Positions 57,198 to 64,000 of a stretch of DNA of 64,000 bases are shown piece by piece; within the stretch, counting starts at the first letter, position 1; every line of letters starts with the position of its first letter. Under the pieces are notes generated by a model. That model did not search any database, had not been told where the DNA came from, and saw nothing but the letters and a program-made list of their open reading frames with translations. The position numbers were made by a program, and so were the translations under genes. This stretch comes from a virus. Location: positions 1 through 64,000 of IMG/VR virus record IMGVR_UViG_3300028837_004134; one strand, 5' to 3'.

Positions 57198-57806
57198 GTG
57201 ACAAGCCAAATTGGACAGAAAGCACACCGACTGGGAATTCTGTTTCAGATGTTCGCGGGACGCTTGGTCAATTTCGCCATAGAAAAGGATACATCCGCCG
57301 TCAGCAAACTTGACGAAACGAAGTCAATCCTTCAAGACGCAATTCGATCATTGGATATTTCTGTTTCCTTACCAGATCTACATTCCGAGGAGGAAATTGT
57401 GGAGTTCTTCCAGCAGGGCTTCCCGAAACTAATTATGGAGATTGGCAAAAGGCTTGCAGTATTACACGGTACTGACGCAAGCAATATCTTTCACTTCAGC
57501 ACTGATGCTGCAGGATATCTTCAAACACATAGGCAGGCAAACATGGCGGCCGACCAGTTCGAAGTGTTACGCGGGTCCTTGGAACAGCAAGCACAGGACT
57601 TAAGGGTTGATTCAAAGCGAATGCAGAGATTCTTCCTGAATCCAGAGGACGAGTGGGATGGGCTTTTCCAGGATTTACTTGTAGACAAGAAAGAAGGTTG
57701 GACTGACCTTGTCGAGGTCAAGCCAGGAATTGCTGGGTTAAGTTTCGATCTAAAGAAAGCGGTTTCTCTAATATCAGCCTGGATAAGCAAAAAAGACAGA
57801 AGCTAA
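57198..57806 (+). CDS. Integron cassette gene, hypothetical protein
   Basis: AGGGAG RBS + GTG; stop TAA lies inside attC R''; AT-rich; opposite strand to backbone. Confidence 0.75.
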   Translation: MTSQIGQKAHRLGILFQMFAGRLVNFAIEKDTSAVSKLDETKSILQDAIRSLDISVSLPDLHSEEEIVEFFQQGFPKLIMEIGKRLAVLHGTDASNIFHFSTDAAGYLQTHRQANMAADQFEVLRGSLEQQAQDLRVDSKRMQRFFLNPEDEWDGLFQDLLVDKKEGWTDLVEVKPGIAGLSFDLKKAVSLISAWISKKDRS

Positions 57807-57859
57807 CAAGGAGCTGAAGACGACACAGTAAACCGCGCCCCTCAGCTCCCGCGTTAGGC
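57801..57859 (+). other. attC site (59 bp)
   Basis: AGCTAAC-AAG-GAGCTGAAG...CCTCAGCTC-CCGC-GTTAGGC. Confidence 0.85.
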
Positions 57860-58020
57860 GAAAGGGGATATCATGTCTTGGTTTTCACGATTGTTTGGGG
57901 AAAAGCAAGAAGTAATGCTCTTCCTTGCAGGTAGTGAGAAGATATTGGAAAAACGGACCTAGGAGAAAAAGTAAGAGGCTCATCGAAGTGCTGAGTATGG
58001 AGGGAATGTGCAATGGAGAC

Positions 58021-58089
58021 GGCTAACAAAGCGCTGTACCTGACCGCTATTTCGCTACGCTCCATAGCGGCAGGTGAGCTTTTATGGGC
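58021..58089 (+). other. Second, 3'-degenerate attC site
   Basis: GGCTAAC-AAAGCG-CTGTACCTGACCGCTAT...ATAGCGGCAGGTGAGCT hairpin; terminal GTT lost. Confidence 0.7.
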
Positions 58090-58130
58090 TAATCCCATCT
58101 GATGACCAATTAATATTCCATCCTCTTCCT

Positions 58131-58397
58131 TCAATTAGAAGTAGAAGCTCCCGCCACGATCTGACGCACGCGACGCGGAGTCACGCCGGAAAGTCTGGCG
58201 ATCTCACGTGTGGAGATTCCTTGGTCTTTCAGGGCAAGCACCAGTTTGCGACGCTCGTGGTAGAAGCAGGTATCGCTCGGCACCCACAGAAGGCCGGTGA
58301 AGTGCTCTTGGATAGCACGCAGCAGTTCGGGCGGCAGAACGTCTTTGGCATTCGCATAGTCTCGTTTCACTTTTCGTTCCTCATTCTTCTCAGCCAT
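58131..58397 (-). CDS. Mor-like HTH regulator (copy 2), altered C-terminus
   Basis: Paralog of 6522..6821; tail replaced at the cassette-insertion junction. Confidence 0.7.
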   Translation of the reverse strand: MAEKNEERKVKRDYANAKDVLPPELLRAIQEHFTGLLWVPSDTCFYHERRKLVLALKDQGISTREIARLSGVTPRRVRQIVAGASTSN

Positions 58398-59200
58398 GGT
58401 TGATCCACATCTGGGTTATAGAACCTCAGACGGTTTTCCTTCGATGTCGTTCCGTCAATCTCGATTGACTGCCTGGTGACTTCGCCGATACGTACATTGC
58501 CATCCACAAAACACACCAGACCGTAGTCCTGACCATAAGGGAAACGAAGACATCCTCGGTTCTGGTAGAGACTGGCTTCGCTCCATCCGAGGGAAAGAGC
58601 TTTATCACGTATGGCGTCCACCTTGGCAATGGCCCGTGTAGAAACCTCCTGCGTGAATTGCCACTCGCCGTTCTTCGGATAGAGAAATCGTGAGCCCGGC
58701 AGGGGCCTCTCCTCCGGTGCAACTTGTTTGAGTGCATATTGAATACCCTGTCCAAATGTCTCGAGCACCGGCGGAGAATATGTCTTCGGGTCCAGCGACT
58801 GGATCGCAGAACGAAGTGTGTCCTCACCAAAACGATTCACTGCCCAGGTGTGGATATCATCAAACCGGGTACGCAGCTTGTCGAAAGCAGGTGATGAGAT
58901 TCGTCCCAAGTCCGCTGCCTTCCTGGCCAATGCCATCTTATGCTTGAGCCAAGCGTAGTAGTCCGGATCGAGCCGACGGAAACAGGTGTCATCAATGCTG
59001 ACGTCCCGGGCGTAGTACTTCGGCGTCAACGTCTCCCATGATTCAAGGTTCGTGGCCACATAGAGTGCCGCCTCCTGCGTGGTTTCATCACCAGCCGTGA
59101 CGTCCTCCGCGCAGGACTGGTTCTCTGACTCGGTTTCAGAGACATCAATCGGTATCGTGGCCCCCGCCGTCTGTTCCATCATGAGTTTGAGAAGGCTCAC
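58367..59200 (-). CDS. Conserved hypothetical protein (copy 2)
   Basis: Paralog of 6791..7654. Confidence 0.7.
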   Translation of the reverse strand: MSLLKLMMEQTAGATIPIDVSETESENQSCAEDVTAGDETTQEAALYVATNLESWETLTPKYYARDVSIDDTCFRRLDPDYYAWLKHKMALARKAADLGRISSPAFDKLRTRFDDIHTWAVNRFGEDTLRSAIQSLDPKTYSPPVLETFGQGIQYALKQVAPEERPLPGSRFLYPKNGEWQFTQEVSTRAIAKVDAIRDKALSLGWSEASLYQNRGCLRFPYGQDYGLVCFVDGNVRIGEVTRQSIEIDGTTSKENRLRFYNPDVDQPWLRRMRNEK

Positions 59201-59236
59201 TTTCGGTACTCCACTTAGTAGAATTTCCTCCCGAGA

Positions 59237-59265
59237 TACTTACCGGAACGAACCGGATAGTGCCG
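59237..59265 (-). promoter_or_regulatory. Bipartite promoter motif P7
   Basis: CGGC-N15-CCGGTAAGTA. Confidence 0.7.
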
Positions 59266-59268
59266 AAT

Positions 59269-59588
59269 TGCGAAGGTGCGAAGGGTCAAGAACATGAAAA
59301 GAACCTTCGCAGGAGCCTTCGCATTGCTGTAACTGATTGATAAGAAAGATAGATATGATAAAGAGAAGGTGAAGGTGCGAAGGTAGTAGGTAGAGTTACT
59401 CACGTGTGAGCAGAGAAACACAAGGGGATTAGTCAGGCGGCGGCCATGACATGTGAGTTTTTTTTCTCAGGTAAGGGGGGTGGACCCCCGAAACCCTTCG
59501 CGCCTTCGCGCGATCAGCATAATGGCTTGCTATGGAGGGGCTTACGGGCGTGAAGGTCCTTCGCCGTTTGCGAAGGGTACCCTTCGCA
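59269..59588. repeat. Putative origin with GCGAAGG/CCTTCGC iterons (copy 2)
   Basis: Same iteron layout as 7717-8036 with diverged spacers. Confidence 0.7.
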
Positions 59589-59614
59589 TCGTCCCGGTAG
59601 AGACATGGGTTTCT

Positions 59615-62600
59615 TCAGATGAGGAAGGTAATGTCGTAGGTGGCAGTGCGACGGACCGAGTGCGAAGAACGGTTGACCGTAATCTCGAACCCCACTTCCC
59701 TGATCGTCTCCAGGTCATTCGAGAACCGTTGGGCAAACTGCTGGACGGAGTTCATGTGGAATGAAAGGCCGAAGTCCTTGGATAGACGCTTGATGGCCAC
59801 GAAGAGGTCACGGGCAAGAGCGCCCTTGATGGTAGTCTCGTCCTGGAAGTCAATCTGGTAACGTTCGAGAAACGCCGCCTTGTTCGTCTTGGCGACATTG
59901 ACGGTGGTGCACTCTAAATCAGCTTCAAGCGCATGGCGGTAGGCCTTGAAGAGCGCCGCCAGGCAGGTGGCAATGGGGTTGGATTCCCGCGCGGTCTCCA
60001 TACTGACGCTGTTGAGCGAGGCGATCCGGTCCAGGAACTGCGGGTGGAGTTCATCAAGGGCCTGGTCGATCACTTCCGGCAGTTCGCCGGCCAGCATCAT
60101 CAGGTACATCAGGCTGAGGTAGTCGTTGCAACGGCGCTTGCCGTGGTTGCCCAGGGTCCTATGGAGCAGGCGCATCACCTTCTCCTGCGCGCCGTCCCGC
60201 AGCATGGCCAACACCTGACAGGTGCGTTTCATCATGGCGGAGACGATGAGGTCGCGGTGCTCCCGAATGGCGGCCAGTATTTTCGCTTCGAGGAAGCAAT
60301 CGCTGGCCTGCTCGTCCATTTCAAAGCGGATGATGAACGAGCGCGACAGGATTTCCGCGAGTTCCCCACCCAGCGGCTCAATGCCGGTGGTGTTCAGCAG
60401 ACACTTGGTGCGCTCGATGACAGTCTCGGTATCGGTGCCGCTCTTGCGCTTCTCCTTGGCGATGCCGGTGATGCTGGTCAGGATGAAAGTAGTTAGGTCC
60501 TCGGTCATCTGCTTGACCTCGATGTTGTCGAGGACGATGAGCGGGTTCTGGGAGCCGTCGGTGTAGTTGGCCGCGTCAGTGCTCTTCTTCTGCTGGGGCT
60601 CGCCGTAGAGCAGGGCAGAGATCAGTTTGCTGGCCGTGGTTTTACCCGAGCCGGCTGGACCTTCGAAACGTGTCATCGGTCGCGTCCCGGCGAAATCGAT
60701 CAGCAAAAAACAGGACAGCCACGAGAGGATCAGAGACCTTTCGCCCGGAGCGCAGGTCATGTTGTCCAGGATCAACCCCACCAGGAGGCGGTCGGCTTCG
60801 TCTGGATCGGCGTCCGGCAGAAAGCGGATCGGAGCCATCTTGCGTGAGCCGTCCAAAATAATGCCATCCGCATTACCGCCGTTCTTGAGAACTTCGATTT
60901 CATCCGCCGTGATTCTGACGATCTCGTGATCGGTGTTGTTTAGGTTGAAGTAGATGGTGTTCCGCGCCACGTCCGTGTGAAGCCATGAAAAGTGATCCCG
61001 CACCTGCCCGCGTTCAACGGCAAGGTTCGCCAGCACCTCGTAGAAGGTCCGACCGCCCCCGGTGGTCTGAACGAGCCCTGTATGTTTGTAGATGACCGAG
61101 GAGTAGAGCCTCTTGCGTCCGCGGTCCGAGGTGTCCATCCAAAATATGGCGTCCTCAAAAAACATGAACGGCTCGCCCTGTGGCGTGCGAAAGAAACGAG
61201 CTCCATTGGCGGCAAACCAATCGTAAGCGGCCTCGGCCACACGGGGATAGTCCGGTGATCCGGATTCCTCCTCCGTTTCAAACATGATCTGTTCTATTCG
61301 GGCCCGGCAGGAGCCGGCTGGGGCGCTTGGCGTTCGTTTCTCCCGTTTCTTCTCCTGCTTGGTCTGAGCGCGTCTTTCCTTTTGCAATACGCGAATCTGG
61401 TCGCGCAGGATGGCGAGGGAAAGATTGGATTTCCCGAAGTGCTCCTGGATGAGTTTCAGATGCCGGTTCTGTTCAAGAGGAACAAGCTGGGCCACCTCGC
61501 GCAACACCGGCCCAAGTGACCGGTTCCTTTCCTCCTCGGACACGTCGGCGGGCAGGCGTGAAATCCCGAACTCCAGTGGCATCTTCGCCTCGGCGATCAG
61601 TCCCTCGAAATCCGCCGCGGTGTGCCCGGCGGCGAAAAAATCGTTGACATCGATCTTGGCCGCGGCCAGAAGTTCTTCGGCTTCCTTGATCTCTTTTTCC
61701 GAACGTCCGTCAAGGCGCTGGGTGAGATCCCGCGGACCTAGCGCGGTATCCAGGCCAAAACGCTCTTTGAGCTCTTGACGGGCGTTTTCCCGATGCTCGT
61801 CGAGGGGAAGGACCACCAGTCTGGTTTGAATCTTGTGCCCGGCGAGAACGGACGCGGTTTTAAGCGCACCGTGCAATCCGGCCTGGGAAATCTCGTTGTC
61901 CTGGCAGATGTAGACGGTCTTGACGCTGCGCAGACGCGGCAGCAGCCGTTCCCAGTCAGCGCCGCGGATACGGACCGTGACCGGCGACACCGCTACGAAC
62001 CCGTGCTCCATGAGTGAAATGCAATCGGTGACGCCCTCGGTGATGATCAACCGCTCAGGATTTGCCAGCAGACAATCCTCGTTGAATAGATAGCCGTTGT
62101 TGATACAGGGGGCGATGTGCTTGTTCGAACTGTCGTTGTGGACCGGGAGCTTCTTGTATTTGCCATGCTCCCAGTTCCGGTCCGGAGTCCACGGCGTTTT
62201 GCGGCCGATCATGAAGACCACGCGACCGCGGCTCCAATAAGGGAAAACGATCCGTTTTTCAAAGAATGGGAAAAGGCCGTCCTGGCCGGTCGGGCGGAAC
62301 GCTCCAGTCGCGGATAGCTCCCGCAAGCTGAAGCCGTGTTTCTTATTGGTCAGTGTGGCGATGACACCTACACGGCTTTCCGTATCCCCATTGTTATCCG
62401 CATAGCCGATAAGCATGTTTTCAATGGTCTCATCCGTGATCCCGTACTGAGAATGAAGCCATTGGAACACTTCGGGTGCTTCCTTGAGCCGTTGGTGATA
62501 GAACGAAGCAAGTTCAGTCAGTGCAGCTTGGACACGCAGCTCCAGACTCCGAGCAGCTTCAGCTTCCGCCATTTGCTCCGGAGACAACCCATAGCTGGAT

Positions 62601-62947
62601 AACGAGGGAAGACCCGCCTTGGCGGCCAGGAAATCGCGGGCACCTTGGTGACTCTCCGGCATGGGACCGGATTGACCCCGCGTTACGACACCAGAATGGA
62701 TGAACTCCACCAAATGCAGCACATCGCCGCCCACGCCGCAGCCGAAACAGTACCATCCCTGCTTGTCCAGCATGACATGAAGCGACCGGTGAGACTGGCT
62801 CTTGTGGTTCGGGCAATCGCATTGGAGCAGACGGTCGGATTCATGCAGGACGCGAGCGCCGAGCAGTTCCCTGGCGATTCCGCCGATATCCACCTCGGTA
62901 ATCCGCCGGTAATAGTCCTTCACGTTGTTGGGCTGCTCCGATGCCAT
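59615..62947 (-). CDS. Primase-helicase CHC2-TOPRIM-P-loop (copy 2)
   Basis: Paralog of 8063..11404. Confidence 0.9.
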   Translation of the reverse strand: MASEQPNNVKDYYRRITEVDIGGIARELLGARVLHESDRLLQCDCPNHKSQSHRSLHVMLDKQGWYCFGCGVGGDVLHLVEFIHSGVVTRGQSGPMPESHQGARDFLAAKAGLPSLSSYGLSPEQMAEAEAARSLELRVQAALTELASFYHQRLKEAPEVFQWLHSQYGITDETIENMLIGYADNNGDTESRVGVIATLTNKKHGFSLRELSATGAFRPTGQDGLFPFFEKRIVFPYWSRGRVVFMIGRKTPWTPDRNWEHGKYKKLPVHNDSSNKHIAPCINNGYLFNEDCLLANPERLIITEGVTDCISLMEHGFVAVSPVTVRIRGADWERLLPRLRSVKTVYICQDNEISQAGLHGALKTASVLAGHKIQTRLVVLPLDEHRENARQELKERFGLDTALGPRDLTQRLDGRSEKEIKEAEELLAAAKIDVNDFFAAGHTAADFEGLIAEAKMPLEFGISRLPADVSEEERNRSLGPVLREVAQLVPLEQNRHLKLIQEHFGKSNLSLAILRDQIRVLQKERRAQTKQEKKREKRTPSAPAGSCRARIEQIMFETEEESGSPDYPRVAEAAYDWFAANGARFFRTPQGEPFMFFEDAIFWMDTSDRGRKRLYSSVIYKHTGLVQTTGGGRTFYEVLANLAVERGQVRDHFSWLHTDVARNTIYFNLNNTDHEIVRITADEIEVLKNGGNADGIILDGSRKMAPIRFLPDADPDEADRLLVGLILDNMTCAPGERSLILSWLSCFLLIDFAGTRPMTRFEGPAGSGKTTASKLISALLYGEPQQKKSTDAANYTDGSQNPLIVLDNIEVKQMTEDLTTFILTSITGIAKEKRKSGTDTETVIERTKCLLNTTGIEPLGGELAEILSRSFIIRFEMDEQASDCFLEAKILAAIREHRDLIVSAMMKRTCQVLAMLRDGAQEKVMRLLHRTLGNHGKRRCNDYLSLMYLMMLAGELPEVIDQALDELHPQFLDRIASLNSVSMETARESNPIATCLAALFKAYRHALEADLECTTVNVAKTNKAAFLERYQIDFQDETTIKGALARDLFVAIKRLSKDFGLSFHMNSVQQFAQRFSNDLETIREVGFEITVNRSSHSVRRTATYDITFLI

Positions 62948-62983
62948 TTCGGCTCCGCCTTCACTGATTTCCACGCTGATTCA

Positions 62984-63012
62984 TACTTACCGAACCGAAA
63001 CGAGTTTTGACG
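62984..63012 (-). promoter_or_regulatory. Bipartite promoter motif P8
   Basis: CGTC-N15-TCGGTAAGTA. Confidence 0.68.
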
Positions 63013-63089
63013 GGGATCGGATATTGTGTTTGATCTCGTGCTCTGAAGTGTTATCATATATTTTGGTATGGAGATTAAGGGAAGAGACT

Positions 63090-63314
63090 ATGAGTTTCTA
63101 TATCTATGAAAACTGGACTGCAGAAAACAAAGCAGTTATTCATCAGGGAAGTTGTGGTAACTGCAACCACGGACAAGGCTGTCACCCAAATCCCCTGGGT
63201 AAGAAAAATGGTCAATGGCTCGGTCCATGTAATTCCCTGGCTGATGCACGAAGAGAAGCAAGAGCCACTGGAAGGCCGGTTCGAGAACATCGTTGCGTAC
63301 GGAAAAGAGTATAG
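63090..63314 (+). CDS. Small Cys/His-rich hypothetical protein
   Basis: AAGGGAAG RBS; FYIYENW...IHQGSCGNCNHGQG...GQWLGP. Confidence 0.55.
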   Translation: MSFYIYENWTAENKAVIHQGSCGNCNHGQGCHPNPLGKKNGQWLGPCNSLADARREARATGRPVREHRCVRKRV

Positions 63315-63339
63315 TGGCTCAATACCAAGACAAAGCCAC

Positions 63340-63519
63340 GGACATTCTTTCCAGTGCCGCGAACGCCCCTGGCGTGACGCCGGCATGGCCATCGAAAGCG
63401 AAACCACCCTCTCCGATCAGGAACGCGGCAAGGAATGGGAATACCGCGTCATCGCTGTCAATCCGCCACGGCGGACCGGCGAAGGCGAACCCAACAACAC
63501 CGTCATGGCGGTGCTGTAA
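63340..63519 (+). pseudogene. C-terminal remnant of an FN3-like protein
   Basis: ETTLSDQERGKEWEYRVIAVN...GEGEPNNTVMAVL without a credible start. Confidence 0.45.
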
Positions 63520-63621
63520 TGAAACAGAAGTTGGCCGGATGGACGATCTGGGAAGACTCCGAGACTTCCTGAATCGAATAACGGGCGTCTCCATACCTAA
63601 AGGTTAGCGGAGTAACTCCAC

Positions 63622-64000
63622 ATGAGGCTGACTCGTTCTCAGTTTTACGTGTTGCTGCTTGCGATTCTGACTGTGGCTGTTGGGGCCATGACCAACGTCG
63701 CCACAGGTCAGATGCCAACTTGGCTTCAGCCTTACCTGTGGCTATCGTGGCCCATTTTGGGCGTGCTTGTTGTCCTCTTCATTATTCTTAGTGTACACCA
63801 GATCCATCAAAAGGAACCCGAGCCCCCGCACCCCTCCGAGCCAGAACCGCTAATCCGAGAGCGCAGAAACGAAAGGAGGGCGCTGCGCAACTACCTTGAG
63901 CAACTCATTGAAGAGCACAAGTATTTTACTTTTCTTAGACGAGCGAAACCCCTTGATCTTGAGAGAATCTACATCGCCTTGAGGGTTGGAGAATACGTGC
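63622..64000 (+). CDS. Partial CDS (runs off window): two TM helices then a NACHT-associated N-terminal signature
   Basis: MRLTRSQFYVLLLAILTVAVG...WPILGVLVVLFIIL...YLEQLIEEH...PLDLERIYIALRV, comparable to YLQQLLEK...PIHDLYVELKA in 12939..16496. Confidence 0.6.
   Translation, partial: MRLTRSQFYVLLLAILTVAVGAMTNVATGQMPTWLQPYLWLSWPILGVLVVLFIILSVHQIHQKEPEPPHPSEPEPLIRERRNERRALRNYLEQLIEEHKYFTFLRRAKPLDLERIYIALRVGEYV

Noticed and set aside
63590-63612. attC/attI before the terminal TM-NACHT-like gene
   Set aside because: GTTAGCG is not a clean GTTRRRY and no matching hairpin or TAATCATT motif is present.

Overview
Accessory, mobile-element-rich window. The host is probably a Zixibacteria/FCB-related lineage; this is an inference from a paired dockerin-like C-terminus and an FlgD/T9SS-like PNPFNP...MVLLK tail. 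Two diverged copies of one integrative, prophage-like backbone occur at 1-11.7 kb and 50.6-63 kb. Each has a CHC2-TOPRIM-P-loop primase/helicase with a GCGAAGG iteron origin, a Mor-like regulator, two TerS-like genes, a two-part tyrosine recombinase, an adenine methylase, ParB and a GpA-like terminase, but no portal or capsid genes are visible. A control/integration block at 24.2-31.5 kb holds DUF2924, a large serine recombinase, a PD-(D/E)xK nuclease, LexA, an HTH protein and a sigma factor, and ends at a tRNA-3'-like att core (31500-31510). An exactly spaced bipartite motif, CG[AGT]C-N15-[CT]CGGTA[AGT]GTA, precedes minus-strand backbone genes 8 times and probably defines the regulon of the element's own sigma factor. 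Cargo includes: (i) a kinase-like / metallophosphoesterase-NACHT-FGE / GT2 operon sitting at an intI-remnant/attI-like site; (ii) a clean integron cassette with attC inside copy 2; (iii) IS481; (iv) a fragmented BACON-dockerin surface protein; (v) a type I R-M locus interleaved with HEPN, DarTG and ImmA-PIN genes; and (vi) a sigma-like / zinc-anti-sigma / membrane Lon-protease-sensor triad beside a secreted FN3 protein. All calls come from motif reading by eye; no database searches were run.
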